63,996 nucleotides of DNA from Paraspadella gotoi (taxonomy: Eukaryota; Animalia; Chaetognatha), in contig CM119263.1 in NCBI GenBank assembly GCA_051294375.1, positions 27,552,568 through 27,616,563 on the forward strand, read 5' to 3'. The position numbers and the translations under genes are program-made. Position 1 is the stretch's first letter. Each line of letters opens with the position of its first letter. The notes beneath the pieces were generated by a model. It was not told the DNA's origin, ran no database searches, and saw only the letters and a program-made list of their open reading frames with translations. Shown here in pieces: positions 14,441 to 28,217 of the stretch.

Positions 14441-14732
14441 CAGCTGCGCACTTTTACCCCCTTTCGCTCTGATGGGCATCCTTGTCGAAGGACTAACAAG
14501 TCTTTAAGTCTTTCGTCCAGAATAAGTGGAGGAACGTTTAATTTAATTTAATTTAATTTTAATTTAATTTAATCACTCTAATCTCTATAATTACTTTAAT
14601 ATTTTTAATCACTTTTAACACTTTACCCACCTTAATCTCTTTAATCTCTTTTTAAATTTTTTTTAAACACATTAATATTTTTAATCTTTTAATTATCATT
14701 AGTTTTTTTTATCTCGTTATTCCTTAACTCAC

Positions 14733-15541
14733 CGGCAACATTGAGAATGGCCTCTGCTTTGTGCGGATAAGCGACGATGAGCATTCTTTCGATGGCGACC
14801 ATGACGACGATCCAGGAGGCGCACATGTAGACGGTCGTGCATACGATGTAGGATGCCCTGCAGTACCTGGAGGATTGCGACAAAGACGTGTCATTTATGA
14901 AGGTTGAAATTTGTTCTTTACAGAAATAACTTACGTAAATATCAGTTAAGAATTTCTCAAATATTTTTTTTGATTTACAAAATCATTTTAATTGGCCTCC
15001 CATTTTTTAAACGGTATCCTTTCCTTCCGCCCCATAACCATTAACCAGACCAGTTTTCTCTACCCTTCACAAGACTGTCTCACCTTCTTTGGACCCCTCA
15101 ACAGTTATCCTCTCTCTTCCCGATCGCTTGTGTAAATGGCAAGGTTATTTCTTACCGACCCCTCTCTCACCAAACCATTCCCAATCCTTTCGTACCCCTC
15201 ACCCCTATCCCACCCTCCTTCCAGACCCAATCCCCCTCTTTCTCTCACCAAACGGTCCGATCGAAGCCGGTAAAGAAGTCGGCGTACTTGACGACGCAGC
15301 CCCCCAGGTTGACGAGCAACGCGAAGGTGTCGAAGAAGGCCAAGGCCGAGAGGTAGGAGACCGTGGAGACGCTGGCCAGACGCCGGCTCCACAGCACCGT
15401 CAGGATGAGGGTGTTGAAGATGATGCCGACGACGACGACGGCGACGAGGGCTAACGAATACCACGAGTAGGAGAACCCGCGCATCGCCGTCGTCGTCGTC
15501 TCGTCGAGGGCGAGGTCGTTGGTGAAGTTGCGTCGCGTCAT
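14733..15541 (-). CDS. Class A (rhodopsin-like) GPCR, neuropeptide-receptor-like; partial (N-terminus to ICL2). Exons 15541-15249 and 14866-14733
   Basis: The spliced translation shows an N-glycosylation sequon (NFT), TM1 GIIFN, TM2 LAFFD, ECL1 W-Y-C and TM3 ending ASWIVVMVAIERMLIVAYP. Splice sites TG|GTGAGA and CTCCAG|G rebuild a TGG (Trp) codon in frame, and the next donor is G|GTGAGT. Confidence 0.88.
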
Positions 15542-15584
15542 GACCACGTCCCAGAATCGATCCTCGAACTGGAGGAGCCATGGT

Positions 15585-18500
15585 CCCTCTCTGATAAGAA
15601 AAGGCCCATTTAGGGGGAGACATAACCGCAAGCCTGAGTTGAGACGACTAGCTAAGGCTCGTGAGGTAAGAGGATAAAAACTCGAAAAAAAAAAAAAAGT
15701 CCAGAAAAAAAGAAAGTCCAAAAAATTAAAAAGAAATCAGCATCAGTTAAACAGAACATAAATAATAAGTCGAGATGCAGGAAGAAAATAAAAGGAATAT
15801 ATAACGGATGGACGAAGCAGAATAAAGCGGAAATTAAAAGAATCGAAACAATAAGCGGAAATAAGATTAAAAAAAAACTGCCACGTAGGCGGAAATAGAG
15901 AGAAGGTAATAAGTTCCCAAGTCCAAAAACTCGGTCACGAAAACGAGGGGCGGAGGGAAAAAATGGCGAAAAATTAAAGATGGAAAGCGAAAAAGTCTGG
16001 CGAAAGATCGAAGATGGGAGACTGTGTAGGAAGTTTAAGTCGCTCAAAGTAGTTGGATCTTGCGAATGGACGGAAATCGGTTCTACCGTGGAAAAAAAAA
16101 AAATATTCCTCGGTTGGGAGAAATTTGGGGGAGGAATTTTGGAAAGGAAATATTTTGAAGTGAAAAAAGAGAGAGGAAGGAAAGATTGGAATGAATGGAA
16201 GTTTAATCTTTTTATTAACACCAAAAAACGGATATATCTAAACAAAACCAAAACAAAACGATTACTAATGTATTTATAATTCTACGATCAAACAACGAAT
16301 CTTAGACCGCGACATTTGATATTTGATATATGATATTGAATTTGTATTTTGTATTTGATATTTTGATATGATATTTGAATATTTGATATTGATAGTTGAA
16401 TTTTGATATTTGATTGTGGATAGTTGATGGGACCGTAAAAAAAACAGATTATGGATGTTGATGATAGAAGGATAGGCATTTTATCACCCGTTGACGGTCG
16501 GAGAGGCGGCGGCTCCTAACCTTCTTGACTTTGGGAGGGGGTTTCTTCAGCCAGAGCGGCCGCCTGCGCACGGTAACACTTGCACCGTCAGGCTTTTGGC
16601 GAAAAAAGCGGGTGAGCGTCAGGTAATCAAAAAACGGGAACGCACGGCTAGGGATTGGTCTCCTGCGTTAACGTTAGCCTCTTTTTCGGGTTCGCAGCCA
16701 CGCTTCTCGTTTTAACATATTTCGAGATGCTTGTTTTTTTGCTGCTCTTCATTTAGGGATGTCATGCGATAAATTTAGAATCTTTTTTTGGGTCAGTTTG
16801 GGTTTGTGTTAAGAAAAAGAAATTAGTGTGATAGTTGAGGAGATAGATCTGAAATAGCTCGTCTTTTAAAAGAAATTTCCGAGATGAAAGAGAGAAGACA
16901 TTTGTAGGTAATGAAAAGGATGGAACCGAAATTGGAAAGGGATGGAACCCAAATGAATCACGAATGGAATCGATCCGGTTTTCGCGCCGTCCATAGGAGA
17001 GAGAGAGAGAGAGAGGAGAGGAGAGAAGAGAGGAGAGAGAAGAGAGAGAGAGAGAGAGAGAAGAGAGAGAGAGAATAAAAAAGATTCCTTCTCTCTCGAG
17101 TTTCCATTTCCGGAATCTTTGATTTATGGTTGCGCGCGGGGGATGCTACTTCTGAGGGAGAGAAAACACGCGCATGCGTACGGGAAGGGGCGCGCCAGGG
17201 CGGCGGAGAAAGGATAGAAGATTAAGTGGTAAGATGAAATTAGAAGTAAGTCAGAGGGCGAAGAACGGGGTAGAATCCAGTACAAAAAAAAGAAAAGAAG
17301 GTAAGAATAATTTAATTAAAAGAGGAGAAGAAAAAAATCAAAGCTAAAAAAAATATAACTTTGCTTCAATTTAAAAAAAATATATATTTTTTATTGCAAA
17401 CATTTTCGATTATGGATGGCTTTATCAGATCTTTTGCTTCTTGTTCTCGCCCACGTACATTCTTTTTTCGCAAAAAAAAAAAGAAGAAAAGATAGAGAAA
17501 ACACCTTCAAGAAAAAAAAAAAACTTCCATTTGAAAATTCATTCGAATTTCCTTTTATCTTCGGAAGCCTCGGATAAAAAAAAAAGCCTCGAATTTTCTG
17601 GAAAAAAGCCCCCTTCAATTATTCATTAGTTGAACCGAAGGAGGCGCATGTTGATCAAACCTTTCGCCTCTCTCATCCCTTTTTTTTTAGTTCGACGCGG
17701 AGGTATCGCGGAGCAACTCCTATTATAGTAAACTTTTCTGGCTACGATCGTTTTTTCGTGTTCTGAGACTCGGTTTTCGGACGGTCGTTGTGCGTTGGTC
17801 GGGTATTTTGGTCCCGTCTGGTCTGTGCCTACTTATGTTCCCAAAATGTATATAATTTGCTCTATTAGTTAGTGTTATTTGGTTTTAAGACTGAAAAAAA
17901 AACCTCAAATCAAGGTGACTGTTAGCGCCGCTCTTCAGGATCTTAAAACTATTTTAAAGAATAAAAGACAGATTTTTGATGCAGTGCGGGTCAGTTAAAT
18001 ACAACAGGCTGAGAAAAAAAAGGTTTTATAGTCATTGTGTTCATGTCGCCATATCATGTCATTCATGCCATATCATTACCATATTATGTTTACGAGATAT
18101 TGACACGTGAAAATAAAGTTCACTATGGCGCAACCCATTGATGAACCAGTTCTTGTTTTTCTTCTTCCTTACTTTTTTTCTTATCATTCTCGCTTACTTT
18201 TGCCCTCTATTTTTTTTCACTCTCTTGTCAGCTTTTTTTAAATTCTATTTTATAGTATTATTCCTTGTCTCTGTTTAAATAAGAACACTCCACGCCATGA
18301 TTTTTATCAGTTTCCCCCTGTTACAATTTTTCTTTTTTCTTTTCTTTTCTTCTTTCTTCTTTTCTTTTTTTTTCTTATTTTTCCCTTCTTTTTTTTTTCT
18401 TTTTTTCTTTTTTCTCTTTTTTTTTCTTTCTTTTTTCTTTCTTTCTTTCTCTTTCTCCTTTCTTTCTTTCTTTCTTTCTTTCTTTCCTTTCTTTCTTTCT

Positions 18501-18697
18501 TTCTTTCTTTTTTCTTTCTCTATATTTCTTTAATATGTTCTTTCTTTGTTTTTCTCTCCGTCCTTTTTCCTCAGTCTCTATTTTATCCATTCCTGATCCA
18601 CAGATTGCTAGCGTTGACCTCTTCGTTCGCTCCGTCTATTTCACTCTCTCTCTCTCTCTCTCAATCTCTCTCTCTTCTCTCTTTTTCTTCTCTCCTG

Positions 18698-18740
<43 letters not shown>

Positions 18741-19632
18741 GTCTTCTCTCTCTCTCTTCTCTCTCTCTCTTTCTCTCTGATCCTTCCGCGTCTTCCCGGG
18801 AGACAAGACCAAATCACGTGACGACCTCACGGCCTTTGGAGCCAAACGAATCACGGTTGGAACACCATCGTCGTCGGTCTTCGTTATGTCGTCGTCGATG
18901 CCAAAACCGGAAATGCCGCCAGCGCGCGTGGGCGTCGACGCTCTTTTTTCACGGCCATTAATTATTCGCGCGACGTCGAAAGACAAAAAAAAGTGAAAAA
19001 ATTTGATCACTTTTTCTTGATCATAATCAGAATCCATTGCTATCCAGGAATCCTTTGTCGTCTTGCCGACTCACCGCGTCGTCTGCTTACCGACTTCTGC
19101 CTAACTCCACCTCCTTTGCCCATCTCCTCCAAATCGCTTGCCATTCTTCCATCCTCTCAAACCCCTCCCTCCCCACCTCAAAACCGCCATGTCCTACCAC
19201 CTCCCCCCTTCCGCCGCATACCCCGCCACTCCCACCANNNNNNNNNNNNNNNNNNNNNNNNNGGGAGGGAGGGGTCTGAGAGGATGGAAGATGGCAAGCG
19301 ATTTGGAGGGAGATGGCAAAGGAAGGTGGAGTAGGCAGAAGTCGGTAGCAGACGACGCGTGGTCGGCAAGACGAGCAAAGGATTCCGGATAGATGGATTC
19401 TGATGAAGATTATGATCAAGAAAAAGTGATAATTTTTTCACTTTTATTTTTATCTTTCGACGTCGCGCGAATAATTATCCGTGAAAAAAGAGGCGTCGAC
19501 GCCCACGCGTCGCTGGCGGCATTTCCGGTTTTGGCAACGAAGACGACGACGATGGTGTCACGTGATTCGTTGGCTCCAGGCGCGTGAGGTCGTCACGTGA
19601 TTTGTCTGTCTCCCGGGAGACGCGGAAGGATC

Positions 19633-19711
<79 letters not shown>

Positions 19712-21270
19712 CAGAGAGAAGAAAAGAGAGAGAAGAGAGAGAGATTGAGAGAGAGAGAGAGAGAGTGAAATAGACGGAGCGAACGAAGAGGTCAACGCTA
19801 GCAATCTGTGGATCAGGAATGGATAAAATAGAGACTGAGGAAAAAGGACGGAGAGAAAAACAAAGAAAGAACATATTAAAGAAATATAGAGAAAGAAAAA
19901 AGAAAGAAAGAAAGAAAGAAAGGAAAGAAAGAAAGAAAGAAAGAAAGAAAGGAGAAAGAAAGAAAGAAAGAAAGAAAAAAGAAAGAAAAAAAAAGAGAAA
20001 AAAAGAAAAAAAAAGAAAAAAAAAGAAAAAAAGGGAAAAAAAAGAAAAAAAAAAGAAAAAAAGAAGAAAAGAAGAAAAGAAAAAAAGAAAAAAAGAAAAA
20101 TTGTACAGGGGGAAACTGATAAAAAATACATGGCGTGGAGTGTTCTATTTAAACTAGAGACAAGGAATAATACTATAAATAGAATTTTAAAAAAAGCTGA
20201 CAAGAGAGTGAAAAAAAATAGAGGGCAAAAAGTAAGGAGAATGATAAGAAAAAGTAAGGAAGAAGAAAAACAAGACTGGTTCATCCAATGGGTTGCGCCA
20301 TAGTGACTTTATTTTCACGTGTATATCTCGTAACATAATATGGTATGATATGGCATGACATGATATGTCGCGACATGACACATGACTATAATAACTTTCT
20401 CAGCCTGTGTATTTATGACACGCACTGCATCAAAAATCTGTCTTTTATTCTTTATAGTTTTAAGATTTCCTGAAGGCGGCGCTAACAGTCCCTTCGATTT
20501 GAGGTTTTTTCAGTCTTAACCAATAAGCAACTAACTATAGGCAAATTATATACATTTTGAACATAAGTAGGACAGACCGACGGACAAAAATACCGACCAA
20601 CCGACCGACCGAAAGACCGACCGAAAAGTTACTTATAGAGTTGCTCCGCGAGTACTCGCGTCGCAACTAAAAAGAAAGGGATGAGAGAGGCGAAGGTTGA
20701 TAAATGCCCCTTCGGTTCAACTAAATGAATAATTAAGGGCTTTTCATCGAGGCTTTCCGAGGCTCCGAAGATAAAAGGAAATTCGAATGAATTTTCAATG
20801 AAGTTTTTTTTTTCTTGAAGGTTTTTTCTCTATCTTTCTTCTTTTTTTTTTTTGCGAAAAAGAATTGTACGTGGGCGAGAACAGAGCAAAAGATTCTGAT
20901 AATTAGCCATCCATAATCGAAATGTTGAATGAAAAAATATATATTTTTTTTAAATTGAAGCAAAGTTATAATTTTTTTTAGCTTTGATTTTTTTCCTTCT
21001 CTCTTTTATATTAAATTATTCTTCCTTCTTTTCTTTTTTGTATCTGGATTCTACCCCCGTTTCCTTCGCCCCTCCCTGACTTACTCTATTTCATCTTACC
21101 CTTAATCTTCTATCCTTTCTCCGCCGCCCTGGCGCGCCCCCCTTCCCGTACGCGATGCGCGTGTTTTCTCTCCTCAGAAGTAGCATCCCCCGCGCGCACC
21201 ATAAATCAAGATTCCGGAAATGGAAACTCGAGAGAGAAGGATTTTGTATCTCTTCTCTCTCCTCTCTCTG

Positions 21271-21309
<39 letters not shown>

Positions 21310-22604
21310 ATGGCCGGCGCGAAAAACCGGATCGATTCCATTCGATGATCATTTGGGTTCCATCCCTTTCATTTCGGTTCCATCCTTTTCATTAGACCTA
21401 CAAATGTCTCTCTCTTTCATCTCGGATTTTCTTTTAAAAGACGAGCTAATTCTCAGATCTTATTCTCTCACTATCACACAATTTCTTTTTCTTAACACAA
21501 ACCCAAACTGACCCAAAAAAAGATTCTAATTTATCCATGACATCCCTAAGATGAAGAGCAGCAAAAAAACAGCATCTCGAAATAATGTTAAAACGAAGCG
21601 TGGCTGCGACCAAAAAGAGGCTAACGTTAACGCACCATCCCTAGCGTGCGTTCCGTTTTTGATACCGACGCTCACCCGCTTTTTTCGCAAAAGCCTGACG
21701 GTGCAAGTGTTACCGCGCAGGCGGCCGCTCTGGCTGAGAAACCCCCTCCCAAAGTCAAGAGGTTAGGAGCGCCGCTCTCCGACCGTCACGGGTGATAAAT
21801 GCCTTATCCTTCTACATCAACATCCATATCTGTTTTTTTTACGGTCCCCATCAACTATCAACAATCAAATATCAAATATCAACTATCAAATATCAAATAT
21901 CAAATATCAAATATCAAATATCAAATATCAAATATCAAATATCATATATCAAATATCAAATGTCGCGGTCTAAAAGATTCGTTGTTGATCGTAGATATTA
22001 TAATATCATTAGTATCTTTTGTTTTGGTTTTGTTAATATCGTTTTTGGTGTTAATAAAAGATTAAACTTCATTCATTCCATCTTTCCTTCCTCTCTCTTT
22101 TTCCCTTCATAATTTCTTTCCAAATTCTCCCCAAATTTCTCCCAACCGAGGAATATTTTTTTTCCACGACCGATTTCCGTCATTGCAAAGATCCAACTAC
22201 TTTGACGACTTAAACTTCCTCCACATCTCCATCTTCGATCTTCATCTTTTTCGCTTTCCATCTTATTTTTTCCCATTTTCTCGTTTTCGTGACGGAGTTT
22301 GACCTTGGGAACTTTTACCTTCTCTCTTTTCCGCTACGGGCAGTTTTTTTTAATCTTATTTCCTTCTTGTTTCGATTCTTTTATTTCCGCTTTATTCCTT
22401 CGTCATCCGTTATATATATCCTTTTATTTTCTGCATCGTCGACTTTATTATTTATGTCTTTTAACTGCTGATTTCTTTTTATTTTTTGACTTTCTTTTTT
22501 TGACTTTTTTTTCGAGTTTTTATCTCTTACTCACGTTAGCGTCGTCTCACTCAGGCTTGCGGTTATGTCTCCCCCTAATGGCGCTTTTGTCTTATCAGAG
22601 AGGG
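15585..22604. repeat. Large inverted duplication (arms ~15585-19172 and 19263-22604) centred on a 25-N gap
   Basis: Continuous reverse-complement similarity with many small indels, e.g. ccctctctgataag (15585) versus cttatcagagaggg (22591). ORFs are mirrored (MFFLCFSLRPF.. at 18535+ and 19874-). Confidence 0.95.
17685..18160 (+). mobile_element. HINE-like element copy (inverted twin at ~20268-20672)
   Basis: Has the same core as the 9.4-kb copy (aagactgaaaaaaaaacctcaaatc, agcgccg, tttgatgcagtgc) and a ggcgcaac 3' subterminal repeat. Confidence 0.7.
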
Positions 22605-22606
22605 GA

Positions 22607-22659
<53 letters not shown>

Positions 22660-22756
22660 TGTATTAACGAAACGCTCCATTGCGCCCCTAAAATTTACAG
22701 GTTGATAAGTTGTTAAAAGATACTAACAAAAATGGGAGGAGAGTTTTTTTTTTTTT

Positions 22757-22853
<97 letters not shown>

Positions 22854-22859
22854 GATAAG

Positions 22860-22894
<35 letters not shown>

Positions 22895-23261
22895 TACGTA
22901 TGTATGTAAAAGTATTTTTAGAAAACAAACACTCTTATTATAAACCCGACAATGTCTTCTGTGAAATATAAAAAGAGACAGAGACAAAAAGAGAAAGCGA
23001 CAGAGGCAAAGAGAGACAAATGCAGAGAGAGAGAGAGTGACAAGGTCGTTTGTTCCCTTAAAGAGCCCGAGCCTCTCATATTTCCCCCGCCCGGCGGAAC
23101 GAATCGGCGCCACCGAGCGTCGCGAGAGAATTAAAAGTGAAAACAGGAGCTGGAGGGTGCAGGTGCGACAGTTGGCGGTGGGTGTAGGGAGATGCCGAAG
23201 GGAGCGCGGTCCGGACGTCATGGTCGACGTTGGCAGTCGATCGCGCGCGCCCGTTAACTAT

Positions 23262-23690
23262 TGTTCCAATTTTTTGAATAAGCCCATCTGATTCGAATGT
23301 AACGTTGATCAAAATATATTAGATTATATCATCACTTTATAGTTATTAAATTAAGTAACAAAATTTTGCGCGAGGGAACGAAACGAAAAACGGACACTAT
23401 TAGTATTAGATAATTTTTTATGTCCATATTTGTTTGTATCCTAACTTATTAACTACTTATAAGGGCCTGAATTTTCGATGTTTCTGGAAGGCCTTTTCCG
23501 TTTAAGATCGTTGTCGTCAGCGTCTTGAGCGTGTCGGGCCTCGGGCAGGATCATCAATAGGTTTCAACTTTTCGTATCGAATTTTATTACGGCCTGTAGT
23601 TAAACGATATCAGAGAAGGATATATATTGATATCTATATTGATATTCCAATAGTGGGAAGGACATGCCGTAAAACGTTCACCGACCATGA
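23262..23690 (-). pseudogene. Truncated, frameshifted inverted copy of the P450 5' end (probably artefactual)
   Basis: Reverse complement of ~33265-33697 with indels, broken off inside P450 coding exon 2. Confidence 0.5.
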
Positions 23691-26108
23691 CACAAGGTCC
23701 CGGAATTGGGATTGAGCGAGTTAAGTAGTCGTAACTACAGTGGGGTTAGGCACCTACCGGTTCCGCTTTAGACTTGTGTGATCAGCGGTGCGCGAACCTG
23801 AAGACCCTTGAGGTTGAGACGAGTATTGAAAAATACCGCTACAAAGCCCTTTATTATCACTTACTTTACTATTAAATAGTTAAACCACCTGGCCCTACCC
23901 TTGAACGCCCTCTTCTCCTGTCGTCGGGATCTGTACTGTCGTCGGCCCGCCCGTCCTCTCCCGCCAATTCCATGATGGCGCCGGTCCTGCGGGAAATCGT
24001 GCGTAGAGACGCCATCGACGAAAAAAAAAAAAAGAAAATCGCCAGCGAGATGGTCAGAGCGCGGTTTATTATCGACGAAAGCTCGACGGTCGCGTCCTTG
24101 AGATGACGAGATTAGAAATTCGGCCGCACGACGAGGGAAATGAGGCGTCAACTTACTCAACATAAGTTGGGAAGAAAACGATTTAAAAATATTTTTAAGA
24201 AAATGAAATTAAGGATTACTGTATTCAATACATATTTTAACTGTTCTTGGGTTCTTTTTTTTGGTTTTACAATACGATTTAATATGGTTTGAAAGTTACT
24301 TATTATTTCTATTGCAATGATTAAATTGATTATTCATTATTATTCTTATCTATACTTTTTTATTACCTGTATTTTTCAAATAACTCCATGTGTTTATTGT
24401 TTAAGTTATATATTATGATATTATCTTCTTTCCTTCTTTCTGTCCTTATTTATTCATTCTGTCTTTCTGTTATCAGTTATCTTCCTATCTTATTCATTCT
24501 TTACTTTCAAATGGCTTTCTCTCCTTTTCTTCGCTTTTTTGACTTGGCTTCGTCGGGTTGTAATGGCGACCTAGCCCTTTTATAACTTAGCAATCGCTTA
24601 ACGGCCTATCACATAAGTTATCAAGTATGCGGAAGAGTTAAAATTAAGTTCGCGACGATAGGCTAAAATTTTAATATGTGGTCTATTTTAATCATTAATA
24701 ACTTGAATGTAGCAACGCTTTCCTGGGACGTGAGTAACATTGCTAACGACTATCTCTGTAATATTTTTGATTTTTTTTTTTTTTTTTTTCCTTTATTCCC
24801 CCCCCATTTTATCATTGCGCGAAATAATGGAAGCAATACATTTTTTTTTCACTTTTCATTTTGCTCCGTTAGACATATACTACAAATTTACCTATTTAAA
24901 ACAGCGGTGGTAATAGTTCTCTTGCGAAGCATATTCGGGGACTGAAAGTTAGCACAATTGAAAACAAATTTAGACTTCTAAATCAACTCTGCGTTATAAA
25001 AATAAGAATTGAAAATAATGTCTTTGACATTATGATTATCTATGTGTAATCAAAATCATTATCTCGCGTTGTATTTAAATCAGGTCGGATAAACTGGTTT
25101 TCGTCTTCGGCCGCCGCCGCCCTCGCTAGATCCCCATCGTTCAAAACCCATTTTCGGTTAATGCGTTTTGAAATGGTTTGCTCCGTCGCTTGATGGCGCT
25201 TCGCCAATGAAAAAATGACGCTCTGATGGCGAATCCGCGAACAAAGATGGCGTCGCGTGGCGAATCGTAAACAAAAAGATGACGATGGTTGGAAGATAGC
25301 CGGCCCGCACAAATTGAACACTTCCGGTTTTGTCTCGGTGGATCCTTAAAAAAAATGGTGGGGGGGAGATCAGGTCCGGCTGATTGTTGAGGAATGGAGT
25401 GAGAGCTGGGCTGGTGGACACTGAATAACCGTTTTTCTGAATATTAGGATTATTATCCTAATTTCATTTGAAGCAAATTATCCCACTGAAATCCGATGAA
25501 AGAGAAAGACAAAAAACCCAGAATAAATGGTCAACGAAATTTCTAAATTAAAATTGGTTTAATTTCAAACGTTTCTTTTCTCACTGATTTCCTCTAAATC
25601 GAGCATAAGAAACCGAAATACTCGCGAGTCGCTTTTTTGCAAACCACGGAATTCGGCCTATTCATTTCACAAAATTCATAAAGAATCAAAGAATCACACG
25701 TCGGATCACGGTACAGAGTGAAAGGACCGAATCGTGAGAGTCTTCCCTGGGGGTAAGGAAAGGAAAGCCAATTTGAAATACCTTTGCCAAACGAAGATGA
25801 ACGAAAGAGGACGAAGACGACGTTAAAGAATGCGACAAGAGTAAAGGATGATGATCACGAAAGACGACGACGACGCAGGCGCGACGACGAAGATGCAGCC
25901 GCGGAGAGAAGACGGGCTATCCTTCCTCCTCCGCCGCTGCCCCGCCGCGTTCGCTGGTATCGATTCCCCGCCGCCCCGGCGAAAAGGCGCCGAATTAGGA
26001 AAACAAACGGTTACGAAAAAAAATGAAACGAGTGATATCCGAAGATCAATTAATAATAAACAAATGCACGTTCTTCGGTCTCTCTCTCTCTCTCCTCTCT
26101 CCTCTCTC

Positions 26109-26154
<46 letters not shown>

Positions 26155-26242
26155 TCTCTGCACGTGCACGCCGTGCCATCGCTCGCGTTTGCGCTGCGCC
26201 GCCCCCACGTGCTGTTTCATGCTTATTGGTGCGGTGTGGGAG

Positions 26243-26286
<44 letters not shown>

Positions 26287-28179
26287 TCTCTCTCTCTTCT
26301 GCTCCTCTCTTCTCCTCTCTCTTTTCTCACCTGACGCCCACGGCCGAGACGGTTGGAAGGGTGCATATACCCGAGCCAGGTCTTCTGTTTGGTACTCAGA
26401 TAAGATTTCGTCATTAAGAACGTTAATAAAAGGTTATTATTCATTGTTTTAAAAGGAGAGAAGGTAGGTAAGTTAAGCATGGGTATCTCGAATTTCGCGG
26501 CTAAGAAGCCATGGTGTCAGGACAGATTTTGGTCCACCATGGCCCGGACGACGTCGGGCCGGCCAATCTTGCCGCCGACTCGAGGTCGCGAGGATTCAGA
26601 GAATTATCTCTGATCGGAAAAATCCGCGGCATCAACAGATCACGTCCGGAGACGTGTCGCGGACGGGATTATTTTTTACTTATTTACTTTAAAATATTCT
26701 ATTAAATTATAAAAAATGAAATGTAACATTGTTTTTTTGTTTTCATTTTGGGTACGATTTCATTTTAAAATTTTCACAATAATTTTTTTTGGAAAAACCA
26801 ACTCAGTAACTTTGAATACAAGGCTATTGTCGACCCTAAAAAACTGGACCGTGGAAAGAAAATTGCACAAAGAGAGAGAGAGATGAACTTAATTACAATG
26901 TTCGAATTGTTCTTAACTCATTGGGTTTTTTCTAGTTATCTATTTTGGCTGGCAAAAATCAAGATTTTTATGTTTAATATAAAATTAGTTAAATAGGCGA
27001 TTAAGAAAATAAATAATTGTTACAAAATTATTAAAAAAATTTAAATAAGTGCACAAAAATTAATTATTATAAAAATAATTGAAAACGTTTGCCTTTGCAT
27101 CAAAATTTTAAAGCAAATAACGATTAACAGAAACCAGCAAGTCCAACTTGTTTGCGGCGCTGTGATTTCTCTTCACAAAAACACTTCCTGTTTACTAAAA
27201 ATAATTGACTTATGAAATTGTTCAATCAATATAAAAGTTATCCATTCAATTTAAATAAATAAGCTATCTTGCCCCTGAACTTTGGAACAGGCTTGGTGGT
27301 TTTAAGGCTCCCATCAGTGTTCAATTTATCTAATTATGAATTTTTAATATTTTTTAATTTAACACTCGAAATAAAAACAAAATATTTTTCTCACTTAAAC
27401 ATTTAATTGATTTCTTCTTTTAAATTTAAATTTCGATTACCTACAATAACAATTTTTTGCGGAAAAAATCTAGCAAAGCTTTTTTAATTCGTCTTTGTCT
27501 GGGTAAGCTGCCTTTGCAAACCGAATTGTTTTCGAAGAGGTTCGCTTATACGAGAGTGGAGAGTGGAGCAAAGACTGAACAAAGCCCGAGAACGAGTTGT
27601 TGGAGATCCTAAACAATTCACCAGCAGTATTTTTTTTTTAATCATTTGTTAAATCATTTATAATAGAAATTTGGTATTTTTTGTTAAGTTGAAAAATATT
27701 AAATCAATGATACAAAATGAAATTAAAAAAAAATAGAAAACAATAATTAAGGAAAGAAAGATAAAGTTAGAAATTAAAAAAAAAAAATAAATAGAGAAGA
27801 AGAGAGAGTCTGTGACAATATTTTTTTTACTAGTCAATTTGTTTAATTTATTTCCTTCCTTTTTTGTTTTATTATTTTATTATCAATTTTATTTTTATAT
27901 TTTTATTCTTTTGACATTAAAAAAAGATAAGAAAAGAGATCGATCCGCGACTTTCACTCCGTCGGTATCGCGACTCCGATTATTAAAAGCCCGGATTCGC
28001 AGCGAGACGGGAGAAAAGAGAAGAGAAGAGAAGAAGAATGACCGCCGTCGGGTCAGGTTCGGGTAGGTTCCGCCGACCTGAGCGCGACGGAGGAGAACAT
28101 AGCGGCAGCCGGAAACAATAAGAGATGACTACCGAAATTGGGTGCAACTTCAAGTATATGCCTCAAGTTTAAGAATAGA

Positions 28180-28217
<38 letters not shown>

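Noticed and set aside
15585-22604. Foldback transposon or giant-TIR element interpretation of the large palindrome
   Set aside because: The arms are ordinary unique and intronic sequence, with no target-site duplication or transposase. The indel-dominated divergence and central 25-N gap point to an assembly artefact.
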